59,444 bases of DNA, taken from contig NC_057718.1 of the NCBI RefSeq assembly GCF_004010195.1, positions 93,608,774-93,668,217 of the forward strand, given 5' to 3'. A program made the position numbers and the translations under genes. Shown in pieces: positions 23,902 through 37,276 of the stretch; position 1 is the stretch's first letter, and each line of letters begins with the position of its first letter. The stretch comes from Chiloscyllium plagiosum. Lineage: Eukaryota. The notes beneath the pieces are model-generated. The model saw nothing but the letters and a program-made list of their open reading frames with translations, did no database searches and was not told where the DNA came from.

Positions 23902-25072
23902 TTAAAGATTCAACACATCTCATTTGATTAACTTTCTTCAATGATACTTAGAAGCTTCAATTCGTGCATTTCTTTGCTGATAAAAATTTATTGTAATTAA
24001 AAATTCTTTAAAATCCTTCTGAGGCTGATGTTGCTTTTCTGTAAAAAGGAAAGAAACTCGAACAAAAAGCATTTTTCTTCCCCTCTAAGAAGGAGTTACC
24101 TCGAAGCTAGTGCTGATGCATGTGTGTCTATTATACAATGATGGTTTTTGAGCAATTTCTTAGAATGAATAAACATTCTAATCTAAGATCCAAAAACAAA
24201 TGCACAGTTATTAAAGTTGCAAATAACACGTTCACTTTAAATGAACCAAAATTACCTTGGGGAGGTAACTAATCTCAATGTTCTATTGTCATTAATACAT
24301 TACACAATCATATCCATTTATAATTTTGAAGTCAACCTTTCCAGCAATTCTATTATTGCTATCATACATGCATGCAGCTAAATTCTCTCCAAATCCCACG
24401 GGGAAGGAATATTTACCATCGCCAAAGAAAGTATGTACAGGCTAAATAAGTCAACATTGTCTGCAACCGACATGGGGGTAAGGATTCCATTTGATGTAAA
24501 TCAAGAGAAATTAGAAGTCTAATTATTTTTGTCTGGTTAAAGTAGCACCAACCCTTTGAGAAGTCATTAATCTTAATGGTACCCATTCTCAAGAGTCAAC
24601 CGATCAGATTGTATGAGGAGGCTTCGGTTTTGATAATAAAGGACAAATTGAGACTTTAATGTTTCTACTTTAACCATTGTTTTCCCAGCTTCCCTTAAAC
24701 TTTGAGAATTCACTGCAGGAATAAGGGATACAAGTTAATTTGGGGAGTAGGGAGGATTGAGTGAAGTGGAACTAATGAACTGGAAAGTGATAGAGGCGTA
24801 AAATAAGTTACCACTGAAAGAGGCATGAGTAATTCAAGTCTGATTAGAGCTACATTGTCAAAAGGCAGGCAAATACTTGTCTGTGGAAGAGATAAGCTTA
24901 TAATTGGGCTTATCCATGTTTCAAACTGAAATTTATCAATAATTTATGTATATATTAATAAAATATAAACTGTCACTTCACAAAGTGATAAATCGGTCAA
25001 AAAGGAATGAGGCAATGAAAGAAAAAACAGATTTAGTGCATGTTAGTGTATCACGGTCCTGCTCACGCAAGC

Positions 25073-25304
25073 TGAATTAACTCCACAGATGCTGGTATCC
25101 CGTTACCAAGTCACCATTTATTTACATGTGGAGAGCCCTTGACACTGATCCAGCTCCCTCAGAACCAGCTCTCAGAGTGAACAGAACTCCTGACACTCCT
25201 GTTCCTATCTGTCATCCAAGGCTTCTTGATTGGACCAGGTTAACAGCCCCAATCAGGGAACTCCAATTCTATGACTTGGCTGACCTTGTTACAATCATGC
25301 TACA
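25073..25304 (-). mobile_element. solo LTR (family L2, 232 bp)
   Basis: Minus strand starts tgtagc and ends gagttaattca; contains CCAAT boxes and gtaaataaa. Confidence 0.7.
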
Positions 25305-26017
25305 AGCGAACAGAACATTTTAGTTTAGGACATGCACAGAACATCCACAGTGTTCTCTCTACATTCTCAGCATGGACCTTATTCAAACCCTCAGAAAAGC
25401 ATAATTACTTCACTATGCTGAAATTACTTTCTTACCTTGCTAAAACCATTCATTCCTAGGCATGTCTGTATGATCCTGCTATGACTGACTGAGTAGGACT
25501 CAACTCGTGCTATAGGCTTCTGCCCAGTCAGAAACAGTTTGGGAATTAGCTAATCTCATTTTACACAGGATGCTTAGAATCAAAGGAAACTTTTATCCTG
25601 TCACTCTAGGCTAGATATAAGCCTTTTTCCCAGATATAAAAGCCAGGCATCTGACTTGCTGCACCACCTTCAGATGTCTGTATAGATAATGTCGGATATA
25701 TTTCTGCATAAAGACAACTTATTTGTTGAATGTCAAAGTGTAATTGTGCCATGAAAAGCTTACTTTTTGTGCCTTGAAGGTTCCCAACATGGATCAAGGA
25801 TTCCCACTTAAACTGTAAAGCACCGCATCCCGATACTGCGTGGCTTCAGTATTTCAATTCTACTTCAAATATCAGAAAGCGAGTGTGTTTTAAATCTTTT
25901 TCCATTTCAATTGATATAAAATGCTTCATTTATGCAACAACTCTTCTGCAGATGCTAGGACAAAATAACTCGATGGGGAGAGTGAAATGAATAAAATGAA
26001 GTGCCCTGTAGTGTGAA

Positions 26018-26070
26018 GATTTTTGTTTCCAATAATGGATTTTGTTTCCAATAATGGGTTTTGTTCCTAT
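26018..26070. repeat. short tandem repeat (~19-bp unit, ~2.5 copies)
   Basis: gattttgtttccaataatg repeated. Confidence 0.8.
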
Positions 26071-28681
26071 TTAGATGATTTTCCTGTGGATGCATACAGT
26101 TTCATTTCCACTGGCTAATTTTTTTTTGGATCCTGCCTTTGACTGCCACCTCGTTAACACACTCCTTCACATCTGGTTGATTAATGCCAGATCTGAAAGA
26201 TTTTTTAAAAGCAACATTCAAGCCGTTGGTAAACCTTGGATGAATGGCTGAGAGTGTTGGGATGAACGATTTATGGGCTGGAAGCAACTCCAGTCTGGTA
26301 AGGAAGCAGCTCATTGGGATTTTCCTCACAAATCTATTGCAAAAACCCATTCTCCCCATCCTTATGCACAGGAACAGATGGCAGGAAACAGTTTACATGT
26401 GCCAAACAGAAAGTCCCCCAAACTAAAACAAAAAACAGATTCTTGCTCCTTAACAAAAAAATGTTGTGTGTGGCTGTAACCTCTGAAGAACATGGTCTTT
26501 CATTTTTAACATAAATAGCTATTTAGCATGCCTGGAATCTTTGCCTTTAAAACCCTGCATTTCTATCAGTCCATATTTGAATTTTCAATACCGTCCAACC
26601 ACTCTCTTTGCAAAAAGTTATGTTATCCAACTGAATCGTCAAATTCACCTGAAATCATCCAACAATCATAATCTGAATACTGAACAGTATTTATTTTGAG
26701 AATAAAGATGGAAATTTAGGTCGAGATTTAGTGGGAAAAAAAATTGCTTGTCTTGCATACATGAACATCTTTTGAAAATACTAAATGCAGAAGAACCTGA
26801 TTATGATGCATCTTGAAACAAAGAAACAAAGATTTAAGGTTTGCATTCGACAGAGGAGAAGAGTAAGCTTACAAAGCAAGAGGAAAGAGTACCATTGCAG
26901 GGCAGCTATGTGTGTAATTATATCCAGAATGGAACAGGAAAGGACATGATACATAAACATAGAAAAACATAATCACAAAGGAATGAGGATAAGCGAGCTG
27001 GAATAGACTAGAAAAGGAATTGAGAAGCAAAGACAGTTCAGGAACAATGGTGGATATTTAAGAAAATAGTTCATAGCTACACAGAAAAGAAACATTCCAT
27101 TGTGGAAGGAGGATTCTAGGAAGGGGGTCAGCCAATAACAGTTAACCAGGGAAGTTAAGCATGGCATTGAATTGAATGAAAAAAACAAATATGCAGCAAA
27201 AATTAGTGAAAAGTCATAAGATTGGTAAAGCTTTAAAAACCAACAAACAATAACCAAAATCTGGGAGAAGACAAACTTTGAAAGGAAACTTACAAGTAAT
27301 ATCAAGACAGACAGCAAGAACTTCTGTGCACATAGAAAAAGGAAAAGAGAAGCTAAGATGAACATAGATCCCTTAGAGAATAAAACTGGGGAATTAATAA
27401 TAGGAACAAGGATATGGCAGAGGAGTTGAATAAATACTATACATCAGTCTTCAAAGTAGAATACTCTAACGGCATTTCAAAATTACTAAATAATCAAGGG
27501 TAAATGTAGGAGGTGAAATAAATACAGAAGCTATCAACAGAGAAAAGTTCTAGACAAACTAGTGAGGCTAAAGACCAATAGATTCTCTGGACATGATGGA
27601 GTACATGCTAAGATATTAAAGGAAGTAGGCGCAGAGATAATGGATGCACTGGTAGTAATCTCCAGGAATCATGAGATTATGGGAAAATCCCAGAGGATTT
27701 GAAAACTAATATAGTATACCTTGATTTAATAGGTGAAGGAGAAAAAGATTAGGTAATATTGGCAGTTAGTGCACTGTCAGTTATTGGGAAAATGTTGGAG
27801 TCTATTATAAAGGGTGTAATAGCAGAGTGTTTAGAAATATGTAATTAGATCAAGCAGAGCCAGCATGGCTTCATGAAGGGGAAATCATATCTGACAAATT
27901 TACTAGAATTCTTTGAATAGGATAGATAAAGGGGAAGCAGTGGATGTACTATGTTTGGATTTTCAGAAAATGTTTGCTAAGTTACCAGATATTAGGCTAC
28001 TGAATCTAATATGGAACCCATGCAGCTGGAGACAGCATGTTGTCATGGATAGAGCAAAAGGTGAAATACTGCTTATGTTGGAAATCAGAAACTAGCACAG
28101 AGAATGCTGGAGAAACTCAGCAAGTCTGTTATGACCTATGGAGAGAGAAATACAGTTAATGCTTTAAATCCAGTCGACTGTTCCCTCAAACTGGAAGGAC
28201 TGATGGACAGAGGACTGGCTAACTAATAGAAGACATATTTGGGATGGGGGGGGAGCATTTCAGTATGTTTGCCTGTAACTAATGCAGTGCCATAGAGATT
28301 GTGCTGTGGCCACAATTATTTACAATGTACATCCATGGCCTGGATAAAGAAAGTGAAGGCACCTATAGCCTAGCTTGTGAATGACACCAAAATAGGTGCA
28401 AGGCACCTGACGAAGATGACGTAAAAAGTCTTCAGAGAGACATGGTCAATTTAAGTGTGTGGGCAAAAATTTGGTAAATGGAATACGATGTCAAAAAGAT
28501 GACAAAAGGTACTTTGTCAGGAGGAATTGAGGAGCTGAGTTTCATTTGAATGGAGTAAGACTGCAGAAAGAGACAGCTGGGAGGGATTTGGGAGTCCACA
28601 TGCAATGATCACATAAAGCTAGTATCTAATTTCAGTGGGTAATAGAGAAGACAAATTGAATGTTGGCCTTTATTTCATAAG

Positions 28682-28757
28682 CTGAAAATGTGTTGCTGGA
28701 AAAGCGCAGCAACACATTTTTGGCTCTGATCTCCAGCATCTGCAGTCCTCACTTTCT
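28682..28757. mobile_element. 76-bp mini fold-back PLE terminus, 15-bp TSD
   Basis: aaaatgtgttgctg..cagcaacacatttt hairpin; TSD cctttatttcataag at 28667-28681 and 28758-28772. Confidence 0.85.
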
Positions 28758-28807
28758 CCTTTATTTCATAAGGAATGGAGTAAAAATGCAGAGAGGTGTT
28801 GCCAAAA

Positions 28808-29448
28808 CCAAACACAGCCAGAAACCCTAACCACCTTACCATACATCAAAGAAGTTTCAGAAATGACAGCCAGACTACTAAGACCCCTCGGAATCCTAGT
28901 AGCACACAAACCCACCAACACTCTCAAACAAAAACTAACAAACTTAAAAGACCCAGTACAACCCATGGACAAAACCAATGTCATCTACACAATTCCATGC
29001 AAGGACTGCCACAACCACTGCGTAGGACAAACAGGAAGAAAGTTAGCCACCAGGATACACAAACACCAGCTGGCCACAAAAAAGCACGACCCTCTCTCCC
29101 TCATAGCCCTACACACGAAGGAAAAAAACCATTTCGACTGGGACAACACATCTATCCTGGGACAGGCTAAGCAAAGACATGCCAGAGAATTCCTAGAGGC
29201 CTGGCACTCCAACCACAACGCCATAAACAAGCACATAGATCTAGATGCCATCTATCAACCCCTCAGAAAACGAACAGGAAATGACATCACCACAAACCCC
29301 AGGAACCCCATCCAGGACAAACATATAAATAGAAAGCAGGAGACAACAGCTTCGCTTCACTTGGAGGCCGCCACTGATGATGTTACCTAGCCAGGTAATG
29401 AAACGTCTGGATATCAAACCTACAGCTCAGCGAGCCAACCTACACCCT
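28808..29448 (+). mobile_element. Poseidon-type PLE 3' fragment: GIY-YIG endonuclease plus hammerhead terminus
   Basis: ORF 28863..29390 NVIYTIPCKDCHNHCVGQTGRKLATRIHKH..HFDWDNTSIL..REFLEAWHS. Confidence 0.92.
29371..29410 (+). ncRNA. minimal hammerhead ribozyme motif
   Basis: cca-CTGATGA-t-gttacc-tagcca-ggtaat-GAAA-cg-TC-tgg. Confidence 0.7.
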
Positions 29449-30829
29449 AAAACTATACAGTCAGACTACAGCTGGAATACTATGAGCAGTTTTGGGCCGT
29501 AATCTAAAGAAAGGCATATTGACATTTGAGGCAGAGAAGGCTAATATGAGATACAACTGGATTGCCTTATGAGGAGAGGCTGAGTCTGTTAGGCCTATAC
29601 TCACTGGAAGTCATAAGACTGAGAGGTGACCTTACAGAAGCATCCAAAATTCTTAGGGGATGATAGGGTAAATCGAGAAAGTTTGCTTTCCCTTTTGGAA
29701 TAATCTAGGACCAAGGGGCATAACTGTAAAATAAGTAGTCTCATATTTGAGACACAGATGATGAGGAACTTCCTCTCTCAGAGGGGAGTGAATCTGTGGA
29801 ATTCTTTATCATAGAGGGCTATCAAAGTTGTGCCATTAAGTATATTTAAGGCTGAGACAGACGGATTTTTAATCTTTAAGGGAATTATGGTGATGGGGAA
29901 AGAGGTAGAAAGTAGTGTTGAGGGATGTCAGATCCATCATGATCTCATTGAATGATGGAGTCGACCTGATGCGCTGAATGGCTTATTTCTGCTATTACCT
30001 CAATCATGTGGAACATGGGTAAATTTTCTCAGGTGTATAATGATGAGAAACATTCTGTCACTCCAGCCCTGATCCTGTACATCAATTATCCCAAGGGTTT
30101 TGAAGGGCAGAAGTAGTTAGCCTACTTTGTAGATGAAGGTTCAAGTCCCACCAGAGTAGTGTCTGAACAGTTTGACTAAAATAATCAGTAATTATATGGC
30201 AAATTTAGTTAGAAATGTCAGCACTCTTTGGTAACTTTTGTACCAGCATTTTTTCTACACTAACTTAGTTAATCTACTGTGTGGAACCTCAGCCTTTGCA
30301 TTATATGATGTTGCTGAGTTGCAGTGGGATCGATCACATTGATGGTGTCACAGCTGCTACAAGGAACTGTTCCACAGTCTAATGTGCAAATCAACAGTAA
30401 TTTAATATGAGACTTCAAATGCAATATTTAATTTCCTATTTTGCATTTAACAATTTACATGGTGTGACGTAGTTTATAACATTATATTGGAAGGTTGCAT
30501 ACGTTTTCCAGCATGGAAAATTATATCAAGACATCATTCAATGAGAGCCATGAAGAGATTCTAAAATTCACAAAAACATTTTTTGGCTGTATTATTTTAG
30601 TGTTGTGCATGAGAGGAAAGTAACTCTTGCAACCTTACTATGAAGGGTTTCTGTAGGAAACGCAAATGATAATATTTCAGATAATATTTGGCAAAATAGC
30701 AAAACACTGGAAATTCTTCATTATTAGGAGATCCCTCTGACGTGTAACACTATACAGAAACAGCTAGGCATCTGTCTCTATTTGAAATGATAATTAATTT
30801 GAGGCAATGTCACTCTGCTCAATAGAACT

Positions 30830-31172
30830 GATTTCCAACTGATTTAGCAACTCAAAGCTGGGCACCCATGATTTGGCATGGCCATCAGCGACAGCAGAAT
30901 TGTTTTCAATGACAATCTGTAACCTCAGAGCACAGCACATCCCCCAATTAACCTCTGCCATCAAACCATGGGATCAACCCTGGCTCAAAGTTGAGTGCAG
31001 GAGGGCATGCCAAATCATGCACCTTCCTGACTTGGAAATATGTCACCATAGCTTCACTATCACTAGATCAAACTCCTTCCCCAACGGTGCTGTGTATTTA
31101 TCCATATGGACAACAGAGGTCCAATGCACCAGCTCACCACCATCTTCTCTAGATCAATTAGGATGGACAGAA
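30830..31172 (+). mobile_element. fragments of a second LINE family (shares its 3' tail with SINE family B)
   Basis: IKPWDQPWLKVECRRAC; tail ctcaccaccatctt..caattaggatgg. Confidence 0.65.
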
Positions 31173-31444
31173 TGCAAGAAGGCCATTTGGCCCATACTGG
31201 ATAGTTGAAAGATCTATCTAATACTCCCACCCATACTCCAAGTTTTCCTTTCCAAATTGCATCCGATTTGCTGTTGAAAGTTGCTATTGAATCTGTATCC
31301 CAAGTCATACCACCTTATTGTACAAAACAAAATCATGTCCTCAGAAGCCCTCCAACTCTTTTCCCATTTCTTTAAAAAAAAAATGAAAAGCTGCCCACTT
31401 TCTTCTTGGTGTTTGAAGGACTTGGTTTCCTGCAAATTGATAAA

Positions 31445-32655
31445 TAGAGTAATATAACACAGAAACAGACCCTTGGGTCTGACTCATCCATGCTGACCAG
31501 AATCCCAATCTGACATAGTCTCATTTTGAATCATAGAGTCATAGAGATGTACAACTTGGAAATAGATCTGTCATTCCAACTCATCTATGCCAATCAGATA
31601 TCCTAAATTAATCTAGTCCCATTTGCCAGCATCTGGCCCATATCTCTCTAAAGCCCTCCTATTCATATAGCCATCCAGATGCCTTATAAATGTTATAATT
31701 ATACCAGCCTCCACCACTTCCTTTGGCAGCTCATTCCATATACACACCACCCTCTGTGTGAAAAAGTTGCCTCTTAGGTTCTTTTTAAATCTTTGTCCTC
31801 TCACTTTAAACCTATGTCCTCTAATTTTGGACTCGCCAACCCTGGGGAAAAGACCTTGTCTTTTTACCCTATCCATGCCCCTCATGATTTTATAAACCTC
31901 TAAAAGGTCACCCATCAGCCTCCGACGCTCCAGCGAAAATAGCCCCAGCCGATTCAGCTTCTCCCTTCTTTGTTGTCCTCTACACCTCCAATTTTAGTGT
32001 CATTTGTAAACTTACTAACCATTCTTCCTATTTTCACATCTAAATCATTAATGTAAACGACGAAAATCAACATATTCCCGCATTTGGCCCATTACCCTCT
32101 GAATCCTTCCAACACATTTACCCAACAAGATGCCTTTTAAATGCTGCAACTATACCATCCTCCACCACTTCCTCTGGCAGCTCATTCCATACACGCACCA
32201 CCACCTGTGTGAAAATGTTATCCCACAGATCCTTTTAAAATCTTTCCCCCCTCACCTGAAACCCATGCTCTCTAGTTTTCAATTCCCCCCCTCCTGGAAA
32301 AAGACTTTGGCTATTCACCCTACCCATGCCCCTCATGATTTTATAAACTTCTATGAGGTCATCCCTCAGTCTTTGATGTTCCAGGGAAAAAAGCCTCAGC
32401 CAATTCGGTTTCTCCCTATAACTCAAATTCTCTCGTCCCTGCAACATCTTTCCTGGACCTATTAAAATGTAACAAAATCCTTCTTATAGAAGGGCGACCA
32501 GAATTGTTCATGGTATTCCAAAGGTGGCCTCACCAATGTCCTGTACAGCCACAACATGACATCTCAACTCCTGTATTCAATACATTGACCAATGAAGGCA
32601 AGTGTCAAATGTCTTCTTCATCACCCTGTCTACCTGTGACTCCACCTTCAAGAGT
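31445..32655 (-). mobile_element. cluster of nested HER1/CR1 3' fragments
   Basis: ORFs 31613..31915 and 32235..32447(-) with LIEVYKIMRGMDRV; stacked tail repeats. Confidence 0.88.
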
Positions 32656-32815
32656 GCCAACATAAAAGTAAATAATTGGTTGTAGTGTTTTGAGATATGT
32701 GGGTGTCACACAAGGCATAATATCAATGCAAACCCATATTTTGTCACCAGATATCAAAGTAGCTTGTCATGCAGATTTTTAAACATTTATAGAGGAGATG
32801 GCATCAAAGATTAAT

Positions 32816-33125
32816 GGGCGGCACGGTGGCACAGTGGTTAGCACTGCTGCCTCACAGCTCCAGAGACCCGGGTTCAATTCCTGCCTCAGGCAGCTGACTG
32901 TGTGGAGTTTGCACGTTCTCCCCGTGTCTGCGCGGGTTTCCTCCGGCTGCACCGGTTTCCTCCCACATTCCAAAGATGTGCAGGCCAGGTGAATTGGCCA
33001 TGCTAAATTGTCCGTAGTGTTAGGTAAGGGGTAAATGTAGGGGTATGGGTGGGTTGCGCTTCGGCAGGTCGGTATGGACTTGTTGGGCCAAAGGGCCTGT
33101 TTCCACTGTGTAATGTAATCTAATC
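32816..33125 (+). mobile_element. HE1-type V-SINE (young, CpG-rich)
   Basis: gggcggcacggtggcacagtggttagc..; CpGs retained; followed by an A-run. Confidence 0.93.
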
Positions 33126-33214
33126 AAAAAAAAAAAAAATTTTCTCCATGGAGGAATACGGTGTCAGATGGCTTCCAAAGCGGCATAAAGAGCTTCCTTT
33201 TGGAAAGGGGAAGG

Positions 33215-33536
33215 CAACGGCCCAGTGGGACTGTTCATCCAAAGACCCAGGTAATGCTCTGGGGACCTGGGTTCAAATCCTGCCATGGCAGACGGTGGAA
33301 TTTGAATAGAATAAAAAGAACCTATGATTAAGAGTCTAATGGCCATGAATCCATTGCTGATTGTCAGGAAAATCCCATTTGGTTCATTAATACCCTTTAG
33401 AGAAGGAAACTGCCATCCTTACCTGGTCTGGCCTATACATGACTCCAGACCTACAGCAATGTAGCTGACTCTTAAGGATGGGCAATAACTGCTGGTCCAG
33501 CCAGCGATGCCCTCATCCCGCAAGTGAACTTAAAAA
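33215..33536 (+). mobile_element. tRNA-derived SINE family B
   Basis: gggttcaaatcctgccatggcag..ggaaactgccatccttacctggtctggcc..ggatgggcaataac. Confidence 0.75.
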
Positions 33537-33598
33537 TGAATATCCTGCAAATACTTCAATTCAGGATTGAGTTACTTCAGACCCTAGAAGCTTATAAG

Positions 33599-33920
33599 TG
33601 GGCGGCACGGTGGCACAGTGGTTAGCACTGCTGCCTCACAGCGCCAGAGACCCAGGTTCAATTCCCGCCTCAGGCGACCGACTGTGTGGAGTTTGCACAT
33701 TCTCCCCGTGTCTGCGTGGGTTTCCTCCGGGTGCTCCGGTTTCCTCCCACACTCCAAAAATGTGCAGGTTAGGTGAATTGGCCACGCTAAATTGCCTGTA
33801 GTGTTAGGTGCAGGGGTAAATGTAGGGGAATGGGTCTGGGTGGGTGCGCTTCGGCGGGTCGGTGTGGACTTGTTGGGCCGAAGGGCCTGTTTCCACACTG
33901 TAAGTAATCTAATCTAATCT
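33599..33920 (+). mobile_element. HE1-type V-SINE (young, full length)
   Basis: Full head, V-domain and tail with (aatct)n; flanked by cttata / cttatt. Confidence 0.93.
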
Positions 33921-35607
33921 TATTCTCATACACGAGAGCCATCCGCCAGAACAGCTTTCTTTGTATCATGAACAGTTTTAGATAAATGTAGTTCAGAGCA
34001 CTTCTGTTTGTTTATTGTGGTCTGAAAATAACCAAGAGTCAGGTGCAAGTTTCTCATCAATTTGATATCCCTCTGATGTTTCTAAGAAAGAAGATGGTTT
34101 TCAACTCCATTGGAAAAACTCATCACGTCAGGAATGGTGCAAAGCAAAACCACTGTCAACAATGATAAAAGGAACTGAAAAGCCCAACAACAATTGCAAA
34201 GTATTCTCCTTTCAAATGCCAGTCATCCTTCAGTTGCCCAGATTGGCAAACATCAGTCAGAGTTCCAGTGCCTGATTAAGAGCCAGTGACCCCTGCACAA
34301 AGTAGGTGTTGTCTTGGAATCAAAGTGGGATCAGATGTCATGTACCCCACTGTCAAAACGCCATGGTTCATAATGAATAACAAGAACTTTGAGAAAACTA
34401 CAAGACATTGCATCACAACTGCTGAACTGGCGCCAAGCAAGAGGTCACCAGCTACAGTAGAGGACGGGCCTGGGAGGGGTGGTTGGGTGGGTGTATGCAT
34501 GGTGAGGGAAAGAAAATTGGCAAGGAGAGAGAATTTTGAAAAAATGAAATAAGGCTTCAGCTCTTCAGATGTGTAAAATATTGGTACCACAGCTTCTCCA
34601 AAATATTCAGTGTTCCAGACCAAAGCAATTGGCTATAATCCATTTCTATCCACATAAATACAATACTCCACAGATTACAAAAATATTCCATGGTAGTATT
34701 CCAAGGAATACAATTTATCCTTTACAAAAATCTTTACCGCAAACCCTGAACAATAAACACTGAAACTGCAGAAATTTAATGTAAGTTAGACTCAAATGTG
34801 TAACATCAAACATTTTACATTGAATTAAACAAAGTGTTAAGTATTGCAGACTCCTTATGCATAGCATGTGATGGATGAATAGAGTAGAATAAATAAATCA
34901 ATTTTGAAAAACATTTGGAAATACTAACAGTTTTTGGAGATTTCTTGAAAACCTGACATTTACTTTTGTGGTAAACTGGACCAGAAAGTATTTTCAATCT
35001 TCTGGATATGTTCAGTGTCCTTCTCACTCTCCCATGTATTTTCTCTGTCTATATAGCACAGCTCTGTATCCAGAAACAGAGGTTTGTAAAGAGCTGTCCC
35101 AATTTACAACTCCTAACCTGCTTGACCTTGAATACAACAATGGCATATTTGACCGAAATTTCAAGCATACTAGACTTTGAAAAATGTTTGAGTCAGTGCA
35201 GATATTCCCAGCCTATGAAAAACATCTTTTTTCCATTGTCTTTTGGCACATAATGCCAACTCATTGGCTTCTGGGTTACACCTACTGCCCCATCGGATGT
35301 TAATGCCATCTTTTGTGTATATTATATAACCCTAGGAATAACATATTAAATTGAAATGGCAACAGCAGGCTCAGAAAGTGGTATTTCTGCCCTCAGATTC
35401 TCAGTGCCGCTGTCCCTGATGGAGTATTTCATTTTCTCATGCCTCTGCAAAGCCCCTTGGGATATATTATTGGATTCATGGTGCTATATAAGTCGTTGTT
35501 GTAGCTTCTTAGATTTTACAATGTTCCTCCTTGCAGGCAGCAAATATCTCCAAATTTCTCTGTTTTATGATATTCTTCTTATTGATGGGAGAAGAATTCC
35601 TCATGAA

Positions 35608-35785
35608 TTTTTTTTTTCCAAACCTTCATGGGAAGTGGGCATTGCTAGCTGGGCCAGTATTTACTGGTCCATTCCTGGTCTCCATCGAGGGAGGTGGTGG
35701 TGAGCTGCCTTCTTGAACTGCTGCAGTCCATGTGCTTTAGGTAGAGCAGCAATGGCCTTAGGGACGGAGTTCCTGGATTTTGACT
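35608..35785 (-). mobile_element. 3' end of the second LINE family
   Basis: ORF 35661..35873(-) SKSRNSVP..HGLQQFKKAAHHHL followed by the family-B-type tail. Confidence 0.7.
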
Positions 35786-36189
35786 GGAAGCCAGCGTGGG
35801 GAGGTGAGGCCCGGACCTGAGGTGAGGCCTGGAGTTTCGAAGCCCGGAGTGGTCTGGAGACTTGGCCCTGCACAGATTGGGGTGGGAGAACTGTAATTGG
35901 AGTTCTTCCTTTTTATCCTTCTGCTGATTTTTTTTCTATTTTATACCAAATACTTAAGTATGTGTACCTCGGTATCTTGTACCTACGATGGCGCCATAAG
36001 TGACAACATCACAAACCTATCATGACACTCAATCAACTGCAGGTATCAATAAAGCTAAGTCAATTCAATTCAGTTATGTGGAAACACTGAAATTCTATGA
36101 TTTCGAGAAATTAATGCAGAATTGTGTCCAACTGTTGTTTTCTAAAGAAATTTGGAGGTAAATATAATTATGTTAGACAAATACAGTCA

Positions 36190-36405
36190 AATAGGAGCAA
36201 GTTACTGCAGATGCTGGAATCTGTCCTACAAACAAAAAAATGATGGAATTCACAGTGGGTCAGGTAACATTCATGGAGAGAGAGAGCAAGCTAACGTTTC
36301 GAGTCCAGATGGCTCTTCTAGACTCGAAGAGTTGCTCTCTCTCCAAACATGCCGCCTGACCCGCTGTGATTCTCAGCATTCTTTGTTCCCACCATTCTTT
36401 GTTTT
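36190..36405. mobile_element. fold-back PLE terminus insertion
   Basis: Arms cacagtgggtcagg..gagagag..ttcgagtc / gactcgaa..ctctctc..cctgacccgctgtg; flanks caaatacagtca / caaatatagtca. Confidence 0.72.
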
Positions 36406-37203
36406 CAAATATAGTCAGGGATTTCTAAATTATTGCTCATGACTGTGTCGAACGGGAGCTAGGTTGTTAGGTATTTTTATTCCTCACCATCGTCTCAATT
36501 TACAAGAATCAGCTGATAATGACTTGTCATGGTGTGTTGTGATAAGATTTGCATGGACCTTTGAGAGGGATATGCTGCATAATGCTACCCACTTCAGCAG
36601 GACCTGATGTTTTAGTCCCACGACCTGTTAGTCTTGAGCAGCCGTAATAGAGTTCAGATGTATTCAACTTAGCTGCGAGTGAACACTAACCATGTAAAGT
36701 CTACAAATAAAGAGCTCACATTATTGTTTTGTTGATTCTCATGTATAATTACTGTGTTTACAACAAAAACAAACAGAACATAACAATGAGGGCCTTAGTA
36801 ATTGATGAAATTAACATTTTGTCTCTCCAAACAATTAGAAAAATATTTTTTAATTAAAATGACTTTATTCTTTCATCAGCAATCCAGGTTCAAAATGCAT
36901 GAAATTCAAACAACTTGGGGCAAAGCGTGGGACCATAAATAATGTATCCAAATCAATGTTGATTTCTTTAATATACATTCAAAGGAATGCAAAAGTGCAA
37001 AACATAAAGAGCTTTTAAAACTGTGTTTTTATCATGAACAATCACACACTTACAATTAAGGAAATGGCAACTTCAATACAGCGTGAGGAAAGTCTGGAGG
37101 GATAGTAGGGAAGACTCAGTGGGAAGAGAAATAGAAAGAAATGATAAAAGGTAGATTGAGAGAAGAATAAAGAGGCAGAAATGAACATTTTTAACAATGT
37201 GCT

Positions 37204-37276
37204 GGCTCTATAGCTTAATAGTTAGAGCACCAGTCTTGTAAACCAGTGGTTGTGTGTTCAACTTTCACTGGGGCCT
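37204..37276 (+). pseudogene. tRNA-Thr(TGT) pseudogene or tRNA-derived element head
   Basis: ggctctatagcttaatagttagagcaccagtctTGTaaaccagtggttgtgtgttcaactttcactggggcct aligns with vertebrate tRNA-Thr-TGT; anticodon stem, D-loop GG and B-box are mutated. Confidence 0.8.

Larger units (their letters stand above)
26960..29995 (+). mobile_element. long decayed CR1-clade LINE ORF2 plus 3' UTR with nested PLE insertions
   Basis: DKGEAVDVLCLDFQKMF, QHGFMKGKS.LTNLLEFF and DDTKIG-like motifs; interrupted at ~28055-28195, 28682-28757 and 28808-29448. Confidence 0.85.

Noticed and set aside
26973..27365. Hydrophobic 130-aa ORF resembling a membrane protein
   Set aside because: Antisense reading of A-rich CR1 ORF2.
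32816..32890. Functional tRNA genes at SINE heads
   Set aside because: These are tRNA-derived HE1 heads continuous with V-domain and LINE tails.
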